64,000 nucleotides of DNA from Planctomycetota bacterium (GTDB taxonomy: Bacteria; Planctomycetota; UBA1135; UBA2386). The stretch covers positions 992,001-1,056,000 of the forward strand of contig OZ245838.1 in the NCBI GenBank assembly GCA_965228735.1, given 5' to 3'. A program made the translations under genes and the position numbers. This document shows positions 48,293-57,851 of the stretch, in pieces. Below the pieces are notes generated by a model. The model was not told the DNA's origin, searched no databases, and worked only from the letters and a program-made list of their open reading frames with translations. Each line of letters begins with the position of its first letter. Within the stretch, counting starts at the first letter, position 1.

Positions 48293-49912
48293 GTGCGTCA
48301 CGCCACTCGCATCGCGGTCGTCGTCTGCGCCGGCCTCGCAGCCGTTCCGGCCCAGGGCTTCCCGAACGTGATGGAGGTCGGGCCGGGCTGCGGCGCAGCC
48401 CAACCCGGGCTCCGTGCGTCCGTGCCGGTTCTCCACACGAGTGTGGAATTCGAAGTCACGAGCAGTGCAGCAACTTGGGGCGTCTTGGCCGTAAGTTTTC
48501 CACCGTCTTCCCCAACGCATGTCGGCGCTGGATGCGTGGCGTACGTCGACCCGGCCACGGCGGTCGTGCTCGGCATCCTGCCGACCGGGCGAGCGCAGCG
48601 CCTCCTCGACCTGCCCGCGGATCCCGCGTGGCTCGGCGTCACGCTGCGGGTGCAGGCTCTCACGACGCCGTCGGCGGCCGCGATCGGCTTCGACCTGACG
48701 CCGGGTCTCGAGGTCATGATCGGTCAACGCGCGGGGCCGCTCGCGGGGTTGCCGTCGCCGGCCGGGGCCCACACGACGTTGGTGGCCGGGATGGCGCCGA
48801 ACAGTTGGCTCGATCTCGGCGTGCCACAGCCCGATCCGGTCCACGGCCTCGCCACGGGTCGGGAGTACACGCCGCGCATGGCGTGGTCGGAGGCGCTGCA
48901 GGGCGCGTTCCTCACGGGCGAGAGCGGGCACGGCTACGTCAACACGCAGACGGGTCGCTACGTCGACGACGTGTGGTTCTACGACTGGCGCGGCCACGCC
49001 TGGCGCTGCGTCAAGCCGGGCAGCGAGGTGGCGACGCTCGCGTTGCAGCTCGACGGCAATCAGTTCGAGATCGATGGCCAGGGCCAGCTCGTGCCCGTCG
49101 CGCAGCTCGGACACGGGTACGAGTTCGTCGCGTTCGATGACTGGACCGAGACGTTCTTCATGCAGCCGGCGCCCAACACGTACTGGGTCGCCTCGATGCC
49201 GCAGCGGCTCGGGTGGCTGCCGAACGGCAACGCCAGCTTTCCGGCGTCGCAGTATCGGTCGCCGTGGTTGTTCGAAGCGGTGACCGGTTCGTGGCGGCGC
49301 GAACCGGTGGGGGCGAACGCGCCGAACTTCAACGTGAGCGCGCGCGGCATGGCGGTGCAGGCGATCGACTCGCGATTCTGGGTCTTCGACACGGCGGCGG
49401 CGAATCGCTCGCGGATCTGGTGGTTCGATCCCGTGACCTACGCCTGGCACGACGAGCCGACGGCCAACCTGGCGCCGGCGATCGCCGGGCACGGCATCAC
49501 GTGCCACGATCCGGTGCATGGCCGCGTCTACTACTACGGCGTCGACGCGACGACGCAGACGGCGCGGCTGTGGTACTACGAGGTCGCGACCAGCCGTTGG
49601 CACCATGTGAACGTGCAGGGGACGCCGCCGCATTCCGTCGTCTACACCACGGCGGGGCGCGGGTTGCTGTACGACGCGGGCGACGACGCCGTGCTGCTGT
49701 GGATGAGCGGCGGCGCGAACGTGCCGGTCGTGCATCGCTTCGACGTCGGGGCGCAGGCGTGGGCGGCCCCGGTGTCACCGCCGGCCGCGATACGACCGTT
49801 GTTCGCCTGGCGGCACCTCAACGGGTTCTCGGTCCCGAGCGACGACGTGCACGTGTTCCACGCTGCCGGTGGCAATGCCGGGACCGGTCGAATGATCGGG
49901 TACCGGCACTGA
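48293..49912 (+). CDS. Secreted Kelch-like beta-propeller protein carrying the shared domain at its N-terminus
   Basis: Signal peptide ending VPAQ; VGPGC...GAGCVAYVDP...LPADPAWLGVTLRVQ...; then propeller blades DDVWFYD..W, IWWFDP..W, LWYYEV..W, HRFDV..W. Confidence 0.75.
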   Translation: MRHATRIAVVVCAGLAAVPAQGFPNVMEVGPGCGAAQPGLRASVPVLHTSVEFEVTSSAATWGVLAVSFPPSSPTHVGAGCVAYVDPATAVVLGILPTGRAQRLLDLPADPAWLGVTLRVQALTTPSAAAIGFDLTPGLEVMIGQRAGPLAGLPSPAGAHTTLVAGMAPNSWLDLGVPQPDPVHGLATGREYTPRMAWSEALQGAFLTGESGHGYVNTQTGRYVDDVWFYDWRGHAWRCVKPGSEVATLALQLDGNQFEIDGQGQLVPVAQLGHGYEFVAFDDWTETFFMQPAPNTYWVASMPQRLGWLPNGNASFPASQYRSPWLFEAVTGSWRREPVGANAPNFNVSARGMAVQAIDSRFWVFDTAAANRSRIWWFDPVTYAWHDEPTANLAPAIAGHGITCHDPVHGRVYYYGVDATTQTARLWYYEVATSRWHHVNVQGTPPHSVVYTTAGRGLLYDAGDDAVLLWMSGGANVPVVHRFDVGAQAWAAPVSPPAAIRPLFAWRHLNGFSVPSDDVHVFHAAGGNAGTGRMIGYRH

Positions 49913-49946
49913 GCCCCGACCGAGTTCGAGATGACGGGCCGGCGGG

Positions 49947-51776
49947 TCAGTGGCAATGCGGGGTCGACGGGCCGTGACCATGGGCATCGTGCGCGTGGTC
50001 GTCGCGGTCGTGCGGGCCGCAGCCGCCGTGGTCGTGTTCGAGGTTGACCGGCGACTCGAAGAGCCGTTCGAGGAACGGGCGGACGCCCTGGCGCAGCAGG
50101 GCGAGCAGGAACAGACCGCCGAGTGCCGCGAGCGCGATCCACCCGAACGCGCCGTGGTCGTGGCCCTCGCCCTGCAGCGAGCGGATCGCCGCCTCGGGAA
50201 CGAGCCAGTTGGCGACGTACCCGAGGCCGACCGCGCCGATCCACATCGACACCGCGAACGTGACGGCGGCGCGCCCGCCATGGAGCTTGGACACGACCCC
50301 GAACGTCGTGATGTTCGTCGCCGGGCCCGTCAGCAGGAACGCGAGCACGGCACCGGGCGACATGCCGTGGAAGAGCAGCATCGCGGCGAGCGGCGTGCTG
50401 CCGGTCGCGCAGACGTAGATCGGGAGGCCGATCAGGGCCGCGATCGGCACATCGATTCCGGGCGGCAGGCCGGCGATCCACTCGCGGTCGACGTACGGCA
50501 TGAGCAGGGCCGACAACACCAGGCCGGCGAGGATCCAGGTTGCGGTGCTGTCGACCGCGGGGCCGAAGCCGAACCGGACAGCGGTCGCGAGGCGGGTGCC
50601 GAAGCCCCCGGTGACCGCCTCCGGCAGGTCGTGCTCCGCGACGTCCGTCTCGCTCGCGCGACCGCGGAGGAGCGCGTTCACGAGGAGCCCGACGACGAGC
50701 GCGAGGATCGCCGCCATGCCGACACGCAACAGGGCGACGTCGGCCCCCATGAGTTGAAACGTCAGCGTGACGGCCGCGAGCTCGAGTTCGGGAGTCGCGA
50801 CGAGGAACGCGATCGCGGCGGCGATGCTCGCGCCCTGCCGCACGAGTTCGCGGTAGATCGGCACGACGCCGCACGAACAGACCGGCAGCGGCAGCCCGAC
50901 CGCGACGCCGCGCAGCGCCTGCATGATCGCCGGTCCGCGGCTGATGTTGCGCAGCCAGTTCGGCGGCAGGAACGCGTGACAGACGCCGACGAGCAGATAG
51001 GCGAACAGCAGGGCCGGTGCCGACTCCATCGCGAGTCGCAGGAACACCTGACCCGGACCGTGGGGGCCCGCGGGGAAGTGATCGTGAATCACGGCCCACA
51101 GCAGGACTGCGGCGAGCGCGGCGCCGACGACGGAGGCCGGGCGGAAGCGGCCCTGGCCCGGCGGCCCCGGGACGTGCGCATGGAGCACGACGTGGAGGAG
51201 AGAGCCCGCGAGGACGGCCTGCAGCAGCGCGAGACCGCGCTGGGAAGTGTCATCGAGCAGCTCGGTGCCGAGGTAGTGACCGAACAACGTGCCGCCGACC
51301 ACGATCGCGGTGATGAGCACTGCAGCGCCGACGCCGAGCGTTCGCGGCACGATCCACCAGATGCCGATGCCGGCCGGGATGCGGTGCAGGATCACGCCCC
51401 AGGCCGCGACGTCGTGCGTGTGGCGGTGGCCGCCGTGCGAGTGCACGCCGTCCTCGGTCAGGAACAGCCCGTCGAGCGTCGTATGCGCGCCCATCCCGAG
51501 CAGCGCGAGGAGCAGGACGACGGGCTTCACGCCAGGTGTCGCACCATGCAGCGAGCGTTCGGCGAGCGTCGGCACGAGGAAGCCGACGAGGGCGAGCGGC
51601 AGCACGAGCCAGCCAGCCTGGGCCGCGCATTCTGGCAGGATGTGGAGCAGCGCGAAGCCGCTGACCGTCACGAGGGTGAACGCGTCCAGGAGAACGGTCG
51701 ACCAGGGCTTCCGCCGCGCCAGCCACACGAGGAGCGGGCCGACGGCGAGGGCCAGGAAGCTCAGAGCGACGAGCAC
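49947..51776 (-). CDS. Metal transporter-like permease: ZIP-like N-terminal half fused to a DUF318 permease, His-rich loops
   Basis: HTTLDG and ILHRIPAG (ZIP TM4/TM5-like), HSHGGHRHTH, PLPVCSCGVVP, FLVATPE, IYVCATGSTP, LLTGPATN, His-rich C-terminus. Confidence 0.8.
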   Translation of the reverse strand: MLVALSFLALAVGPLLVWLARRKPWSTVLLDAFTLVTVSGFALLHILPECAAQAGWLVLPLALVGFLVPTLAERSLHGATPGVKPVVLLLALLGMGAHTTLDGLFLTEDGVHSHGGHRHTHDVAAWGVILHRIPAGIGIWWIVPRTLGVGAAVLITAIVVGGTLFGHYLGTELLDDTSQRGLALLQAVLAGSLLHVVLHAHVPGPPGQGRFRPASVVGAALAAVLLWAVIHDHFPAGPHGPGQVFLRLAMESAPALLFAYLLVGVCHAFLPPNWLRNISRGPAIMQALRGVAVGLPLPVCSCGVVPIYRELVRQGASIAAAIAFLVATPELELAAVTLTFQLMGADVALLRVGMAAILALVVGLLVNALLRGRASETDVAEHDLPEAVTGGFGTRLATAVRFGFGPAVDSTATWILAGLVLSALLMPYVDREWIAGLPPGIDVPIAALIGLPIYVCATGSTPLAAMLLFHGMSPGAVLAFLLTGPATNITTFGVVSKLHGGRAAVTFAVSMWIGAVGLGYVANWLVPEAAIRSLQGEGHDHGAFGWIALAALGGLFLLALLRQGVRPFLERLFESPVNLEHDHGGCGPHDRDDHAHDAHGHGPSTPHCH

Positions 51777-51786
51777 CGACGCGGGT

Positions 51787-52494
51787 TCAGACGGTCAACT
51801 CGTGCCCGCCGTTACCGTTCTCGCGGCTCGCCACGGCCTCGCCGGCAGCGCGCGCGATGTGGTCCCGCACGCTCTTGACCATGCGGGTCGCGCGGGCCTC
51901 GATGGCGTCGAAGCGGCCGGCTGCGATGTCCGCCGGATCGAACAGCGTGCCGACGAAGCCGAGGCCGAACGCGCCGGCAGCGAGCCACTCGTCGGCGTTG
52001 TGCTCGGTCACGCCAGCTGTCGGGTAGATCCGTAGGAACGGCAGCGGGCCGCGCACCGCGCGCAGGAAGTCCGGGCCGTTGGACGGTCCGGGGAAGAGCT
52101 TGACCATGTCGGCGCCGGCGCGGTGGGCCTCCATCATCTCCGTCGGCGTGAACGTTCCCGGCACGGACACCAGGTCGTGCTGCCGGCAGAACGAGATGAT
52201 CTGCGGGTCGGTGACCGGGGAGACGAGGAAGCGCGCGCCCGCGGCCATCGCGGCCTTGGCGTCGTCGATCGTCAGGACCGTGCCAGCACCCAGGACCAGA
52301 TTGGCGTCGCGCTGCAGGTCGCGCAGATGATCGAGCGCACCCGGCGTGTTCAGCGTGACCTCGACGATCCGAAAGCCGCCAGCGATGGCGGCGTCGAGGG
52401 CGGGGCGGACGGCGGTGCTGTTCTGCGTCCGCAAAATCGCCGAGCAGCGCTGCGTGGCGAACGCCTCGAGCACCGCGGTTCGACTTCGTGCCAT
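51787..52494 (-). CDS. eda: KHG/KDPG aldolase
   Basis: AILR, IVEVTLNTPGA, GAGTVL, GARFLVSP, PGTFTPTE, VKLFPG. Confidence 0.93.
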   Translation of the reverse strand: MARSRTAVLEAFATQRCSAILRTQNSTAVRPALDAAIAGGFRIVEVTLNTPGALDHLRDLQRDANLVLGAGTVLTIDDAKAAMAAGARFLVSPVTDPQIISFCRQHDLVSVPGTFTPTEMMEAHRAGADMVKLFPGPSNGPDFLRAVRGPLPFLRIYPTAGVTEHNADEWLAAGAFGLGFVGTLFDPADIAAGRFDAIEARATRMVKSVRDHIARAAGEAVASRENGNGGHELTV

Positions 52495-52564
52495 GAACGC
52501 GCAGCGTAGACCAGCGGCGCCAGGATTTCGAGTAAGGCCTGCGTGACCCGCGGTTCTCCAGGGC

Positions 52565-53560
52565 ATGACGAGCACGTTCGACGCGATGGTTGGTTCGCTG
52601 ATGGTCCTCGCGGCCATGACAGCGGAAGTTCGATCCCAGTACGACGGCGGGTCCCTGCGGCCGGTGCCGGAGGTCCACGAGCAGATTCTGCGGCAGGAGG
52701 GCCGCTGGCACCTGCCGGTCGCGCTGGCGGCGGGGGATGTCGTCGTGCCGCTCGTCACCGGCGGCGCGGTGCAAGTGATGCACGACGGTCGCGAGCGACC
52801 GGTGCAACCCTGGCTCGGCGCCTACACCGCTGCCGAGGACGGCGCTGGTGACTGGACCTTGATCCTGCAGGGCCAGCCGGGGGCGCTGTGCCGCGTCGAG
52901 CTGCTGCGGTCCCGAGTCGGGGCCCTGGCCGAGAACGGCGGGTTCGATCTCGACATCGGTGCCGAGGACTGCGCCGTGATCCACGCGACGCTCGAGCGCG
53001 GCGCCTACCGCCTCGCGTCGGATCTCGACCGCGACGGGTTGCAGCTCGAGGTGCGGCAGGAACGGGCGACGGGTGAACCGGCGTTCGCCTGGCGTGGTGG
53101 GCTCACCAAGGGCACGCGGGCCCGGCGTTGGCTGTTCGTGGAACGGCCGTGCACGCTCGCCATCGCCGTCCGGAGCGTCGTCGGTCGCAACGCGGCGCTG
53201 CGCGACACCAACCGGCGGGCCGTCGGGGAGCTAGTCGCAGTGGACCGCCCCGTGACGGCGGGCGAGCCGCTGACCGGTGAGCTTCGGCTCGGCGACGGAC
53301 GACTTCATCGAATCAAGCTGCGCGCGGGTGAGCTGGTCCGCGTGCGGGTCATGAGCCAGGAGTTCGACGCGCAGTTCGACCTGTGGGATGTCGATGGTTG
53401 TGTGCACAGCTTCGACGATGCCCGCGCCGACACGCGTGACGCGTCGCACACCTTCCTCGTCGGCAAGTCGGGCTGGCACCACGTCCTGGTCTACTCGCCG
53501 GGCGGCGCGGGCAGCGGCGCGTTCACGCTGCGGGTCGACCGGGCGAGTCTGCCGGAATAG
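52565..53560 (+). CDS. Secreted hypothetical protein with a C-terminal PPC-like beta-sandwich
   Basis: Hydrophobic N-terminus ending VRSQ; LRAGELVRVRVMSQEFDAQFDLWD...DDA...SGWHHVLV...GAFTLRV. Confidence 0.55.
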   Translation: MTSTFDAMVGSLMVLAAMTAEVRSQYDGGSLRPVPEVHEQILRQEGRWHLPVALAAGDVVVPLVTGGAVQVMHDGRERPVQPWLGAYTAAEDGAGDWTLILQGQPGALCRVELLRSRVGALAENGGFDLDIGAEDCAVIHATLERGAYRLASDLDRDGLQLEVRQERATGEPAFAWRGGLTKGTRARRWLFVERPCTLAIAVRSVVGRNAALRDTNRRAVGELVAVDRPVTAGEPLTGELRLGDGRLHRIKLRAGELVRVRVMSQEFDAQFDLWDVDGCVHSFDDARADTRDASHTFLVGKSGWHHVLVYSPGGAGSGAFTLRVDRASLPE

Positions 53561-53569
53561 CCTGCGGGC

Positions 53570-54568
53570 ATGCTGCGCGGGCTGCTGTCGCTCTCCGTTC
53601 TCGGCCTCGGTGCGGCCTGCATGACGGCCGATCCGCGGGTCGTCGACGTGCTCGCGCGGGTCGATCGGGATCGCATCATGGGCGACGTCGCGGCGCTGTG
53701 TGCGATCGGTCCGCGGCCCGGCAGCGACGAGGAGGCGACGGCGAAGACGCTCGCCTACCTCGAACGGGAGTTGCGCGCGGTCGGACTGCAGCCCGAGCGG
53801 CGGGAGTTCTTCGCCTGGTCGCGGAAGTTCGAGAAGCTGGCGGATGGCAGCTTCGCGATGACCATGGCGGAAGGCACGCACGACAACCTCGTCGTTGTGC
53901 TGCCCGGCGCCGCGGACGGCGGCGTCGTCGTGGAGGCCGGAGCGCACTACGACACCGTGCCGTGGAGTCCCGGCGCCGACGACAACGCGAGCGGCACGGC
54001 CGCGCTGCTGGAGGTCGCGCGCGTACTCGCGCAGCAGCAGACGCAGAAGACGATCCGGCTCGTGTTCTTCGCGCTGGAAGAGGACGGCAAGGTGGGCTCG
54101 CGCGAGTACGTGAAGCAGCTCGTGGCCGCCGAGGACGTGCCCGAGGGCATCCTGTCGCTCGACGCCGTCGGCTTCACGAACAAGGCGCCGGGCTCGCAGG
54201 AGTCACCCGTGCGCGTCCCGTTGGTGTTCTGGCCGCCGAGCGTCGGCGACTTCGTGCTCGTGCTCGGCAACTGGAGCTCGACGTGGCTCGGCGAGTTGCT
54301 CGAGGATTGCATCGACGTCTACGTTCCCGAGCTCGACTACTACGGGGTGAAGCGCATTGGCGGCTGGTTCGAGGACAGCACGCGCGGCGATCACTACGAA
54401 TACTGGCAGCAGGGCATTCCGGCGATCGCCATGAGCGACGTGCCCTACATGCGCGGCGGCCCGTATCACAAGCGCGAGGACCTGCCGGCGACGCTCGACC
54501 CGACGTTCCTGTATCGCAACACCCAGGCGGTCGCTGCGACGCTGCTCGAGTGGGCCGAGCTGCGGTGA
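53570..54568 (+). CDS. M28 family metallopeptidase, probable lipoprotein
   Basis: GAHYDT, GADDNASG, FALEE.GKVGS, RGDHYEYW, YH..ED; lipobox-like GLGAAC. Confidence 0.92.
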   Translation: MLRGLLSLSVLGLGAACMTADPRVVDVLARVDRDRIMGDVAALCAIGPRPGSDEEATAKTLAYLERELRAVGLQPERREFFAWSRKFEKLADGSFAMTMAEGTHDNLVVVLPGAADGGVVVEAGAHYDTVPWSPGADDNASGTAALLEVARVLAQQQTQKTIRLVFFALEEDGKVGSREYVKQLVAAEDVPEGILSLDAVGFTNKAPGSQESPVRVPLVFWPPSVGDFVLVLGNWSSTWLGELLEDCIDVYVPELDYYGVKRIGGWFEDSTRGDHYEYWQQGIPAIAMSDVPYMRGGPYHKREDLPATLDPTFLYRNTQAVAATLLEWAELR

Positions 54569-54626
54569 GACACGGATAACCGGGTTCGGTACGTTCACGC
54601 GGTTCTTCCTTCACTGCCTCAAGTGT

Positions 54627-54654
54627 CGACCGTCCTAGGTCGATAGGACGGTCG
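54627..54654 (+). promoter_or_regulatory. Perfect inverted repeat, putative YtrA/GntR operator
   Basis: CGACCGTCCTA-GGTCGA-TAGGACGGTCG (11-bp arms) touching the GntR start codon. Confidence 0.75.
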
Positions 54655-55127
54655 TGAGTTACCGCGTCGATCCGCACAGTCCGTTGCCAGCGAGCCGTCA
54701 GCTCGTGGCGAGCGTGCTGGACGAGATCGCGGGTGGTGATCTCGGAGTCGGGGACAAGCTGCCGTCGGTGCGGCGGATGGCCGGGCTCGCGCTCGTGAAC
54801 CCTAACACGGTGACGAAGGCGTATCGCGACCTGGAGCACCTCGGCGTGACCGAGGGGAGGAACGGGTCGGGGGTGTTCGTGACCAGTGGTGGGCCGGACG
54901 TCGCGCGCGGCATTCGGCTCGCGGAGACGTTCGACGCGTTCGTGACCGCGGCCGCCGCGGCGCTGCGCGCGGGCCATTCGGAGGCGGAGCTCAACGCCGT
55001 GGTGACCGATCGACTCGACGAGCTGGCCGAGATCGCGGCGGCGACCCGTGGGGACGGGGAGCCAGGGATCGAGGAGGCCGGGAACAGGGAGACCGGGACA
55101 GGGAAACGGGGAACGGATGATGAATGA
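54654..55127 (+). CDS. GntR family regulator, YtrA subfamily
   Basis: GDKLPSVRRMA..VNPNTVTKAYRDLE..G..GSGVFV; short C-terminus; followed by ABC genes. Confidence 0.93.
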   Translation: MSYRVDPHSPLPASRQLVASVLDEIAGGDLGVGDKLPSVRRMAGLALVNPNTVTKAYRDLEHLGVTEGRNGSGVFVTSGGPDVARGIRLAETFDAFVTAAAAALRAGHSEAELNAVVTDRLDELAEIAAATRGDGEPGIEEAGNRETGTGKRGTDDE

Positions 55128-55911
55128 CGACGACAAGAACGTGATCGCCGCCAGAGAGCCGATGCTCGCCGTGAGCGGGCTCGACGTGCGGTTCGGCCGC
55201 CGGCGAGTGCTCGATGGGTTGGATCTGGTGCTCGAGAACGGCCAGGTCACCGTGCTGCTCGGGGAAAACGGCGCTGGCAAGAGCACGCTGATGCGCGTGC
55301 TGCTCGGGGTGCTGCGGCCAGCAGCCGGGACGGTGGCGATCTTCGGCCGCGACCCGCTGCGCGAGCACCGCGCGGTGCTCGAGCGCGTCGGCTACGTGCC
55401 GGACGTGCCCGACGTCTACCCGTGGATGAACGCGCGCGATCTGTATCGACTGTTGCAGCGGCAGTATCCGACCTGGAACCCCGAACGCTGTCGCGACCTC
55501 TGCGACCGACTCGACGTGCCGATGCGAACGCGCTTCAAGTCCATGTCACGCGGGCAGGGCATGAAGGCCATGCTCGTCGCGGCCCTCGCGCCCGAGCCGG
55601 ACCTGCTGTTGCTCGACGAACCGTTTGCCGGCCTCGATCCGCTCGTGCGCGAGCAGGTGCTCGAGGGCGTGCTGGACGCGCTGCGCGTCGGCGAACGGAC
55701 GGTGCTGTGCGCAACCCACGAACTCGACGTCGCAGCCCGGATCGCGGACCGCGTCGCGGTGCTCCGGGCCGGTAAGATCGTGCAACACGGCACCCTCGCC
55801 GAAGTGCTCGGTGACGACGAACCGATTCAGGTGCCGAGCGGGCTGCAGCGCGTGCTCGCCGAGGCCGGCGCATCCGAGCAGCCCAACGAGCGCATGGAGG
55901 TCTCGGTATGA
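55117..55911 (+). CDS. ABC transporter ATP-binding protein
   Basis: Walker A GENGAGKST, signature MSRGQ, Walker B LLLLDEPFAGLD, ATH. Confidence 0.95.
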   Translation: MMNDDDKNVIAAREPMLAVSGLDVRFGRRRVLDGLDLVLENGQVTVLLGENGAGKSTLMRVLLGVLRPAAGTVAIFGRDPLREHRAVLERVGYVPDVPDVYPWMNARDLYRLLQRQYPTWNPERCRDLCDRLDVPMRTRFKSMSRGQGMKAMLVAALAPEPDLLLLDEPFAGLDPLVREQVLEGVLDALRVGERTVLCATHELDVAARIADRVAVLRAGKIVQHGTLAEVLGDDEPIQVPSGLQRVLAEAGASEQPNERMEVSV

Positions 55912-57851
55912 ACCTCGTGCTCAGCTGGTACTGGAAGGAGTGGCGGGCCCAACGCGGTCTCCTCACTGCCTATCTCGGTCTCGTGTTCGGCTGCATCGCG
56001 CTCGGTCTCTGGCTGATGCCGCGGCACTACTGGCTCGCAGAAGAGTTCGGGGTGCACGCCGTGTCGTGGTTCGTGCTGGCCGGCGTGATCGGTGTCGTCG
56101 CGTTCGCGACCCCCGGGCTCGTGCGCGGCGAGTTCACGGCGCCGGGGAAGGACGACCAGTTCATCCGCCGATTGCCGGGCGCCCTCTGGCCGGCGTGGCT
56201 CGGGAAGGGGCTGTTCCTGCTGGTGATGACGCTGCTGCTGCCGCTGCTCGGCTTGTCGTTCGGCCTGCTCTACGTGGCGCTGATCGGGGAGTCCTGGGAC
56301 GGGTTCTACAGCTGGCAATGGACGGGTGACGTCGACATCAACTGGCCGTGGCAAAGCGTCGTCTGCGCCGGTGGGCTCCTAACCGTGCCGTGGGTGTGGG
56401 CAGCAGGGACCTGGTTGCCCGGTGGTCGGCTGGCGCTCGGTGGCGCGGCGTTGTTCGTCCTCCTCGTGGGTGTGCTCGTGTTCGCGGTGATGCGACAGAG
56501 CCCGGGGCTCGACGAGGGCGTCGATCCGTTCGTCTGGCTCTGGTGGCTCACGCCGACGGGGCTGATCGTCGCGGCCGTGTCGTTCGCTTGCGGGCGTCGC
56601 GGCGGTGGCCCGCTCCGGTCCCTGCGGGTTGGACTCATGGCGTCGGCCGGCGCGCTCGCGCCGTGCGGAGTGCTGCTGGGAGCCGCAGCGTGGGACTACC
56701 ATCACCCGGACCCCGGCAAGCTCGCGAGCATCCACGTTCGGGCGTTGTCCCCGGATGGTCGCTTCGCTCTCGCTCGCGGTTCGGCGCACCCTGGGTACAT
56801 GCCAGCGCCGTTTCGAATCGACCTCGAAACCGGCGCGGCTACCCAGTTGGCCGGGGTTTGGACCTCGTTCGTTCCGGCGCCGACCCGGCCGTTCTCGATG
56901 TGGGACAGCGGGGTGCGATCCGCATTCCGGGAAGTGCGCGCCGACGGCGACCACTTCCGTGACGTCGCCACGTTCGACCTTGCTACGGGCCAGCGATGGG
57001 CGGCTCCCAGCTACGATGAAGCCACCAAGCGGTGGCTCCTTCCGCCCGAACTGCGTGAGAAGGCGATGGCGGACAGCCGCCGCCTGCTGGGAATCCGAGG
57101 GCCCGATAAGCAGGATGTCTGGTTCGAGGATGGGCAACTCGTAGTCAGCGCGGTCGACGGCACTCGAACGCGTCGAGCATGGCCGCTCACCGGCGGGGTC
57201 CTGCCGGCCGGTCACGGCTTCCGCCAATGGGGGCCCGACGAGCAGCGCCTGTTCCGTTGGAACGGTGATCCGGTCTCGGCCGCGGCGTTCGATCGAGGTT
57301 GGTTGATCGGATCGCAGCTGGTGTTCCAGGTTCAGAACAGTCGACAGCGCGGTGAGGCGCTGGTTTGGCGACAACGCGACCTCACCGGCAACGAAACCCG
57401 CGTCGGGGCGCTGGATGGGTGCCTGGTCTTCGGGCTGCTCGACGACGAGCGATTGCTCTGTGCGCGTCGGTCCGCAACAGGGCGTTGGTCTCTCCGCTGG
57501 TATCGCCCGGATACTGGCGAAAAAGGGACGTTCGCTTTCTCGATCGAGTCGCCTGGCGGGTCCCTCGGGGTGATGTCTCCGTTCGCGGTCGGTTCATCCC
57601 TGCTCCCGCGTGATCCAGGCGGTCGAATCTGGCTCCGGTGTTCGGGTGACGTGCATCGCATCGTGATCATCGACGAGAAGCGTGGCGTCATGCCGAACGT
57701 GATGCCGGCCATCTGGCAGGGAGGCCGCCGCATGAGCCTGCTCGCCTGGCTCGACGAGAATCGCGCACTCGTGACCATCGGGGCGCAGATCCTCGAGATC
57801 GAGGTCGCGACCGGGAAACGGCGAGTCCTCTTCCCACCCGCTGACCGCTGA
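55908..57851 (+). CDS. ABC-2-type permease with a C-terminal soluble beta-propeller-like domain
   Basis: WKEWR N-terminus, about eight hydrophobic segments, then LSPDGRFAL, IDLETG, FDLATG, EVATGKRRVLFP; ATGA coupling. Confidence 0.75.
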   Translation: MNLVLSWYWKEWRAQRGLLTAYLGLVFGCIALGLWLMPRHYWLAEEFGVHAVSWFVLAGVIGVVAFATPGLVRGEFTAPGKDDQFIRRLPGALWPAWLGKGLFLLVMTLLLPLLGLSFGLLYVALIGESWDGFYSWQWTGDVDINWPWQSVVCAGGLLTVPWVWAAGTWLPGGRLALGGAALFVLLVGVLVFAVMRQSPGLDEGVDPFVWLWWLTPTGLIVAAVSFACGRRGGGPLRSLRVGLMASAGALAPCGVLLGAAAWDYHHPDPGKLASIHVRALSPDGRFALARGSAHPGYMPAPFRIDLETGAATQLAGVWTSFVPAPTRPFSMWDSGVRSAFREVRADGDHFRDVATFDLATGQRWAAPSYDEATKRWLLPPELREKAMADSRRLLGIRGPDKQDVWFEDGQLVVSAVDGTRTRRAWPLTGGVLPAGHGFRQWGPDEQRLFRWNGDPVSAAAFDRGWLIGSQLVFQVQNSRQRGEALVWRQRDLTGNETRVGALDGCLVFGLLDDERLLCARRSATGRWSLRWYRPDTGEKGTFAFSIESPGGSLGVMSPFAVGSSLLPRDPGGRIWLRCSGDVHRIVIIDEKRGVMPNVMPAIWQGGRRMSLLAWLDENRALVTIGAQILEIEVATGKRRVLFPPADR

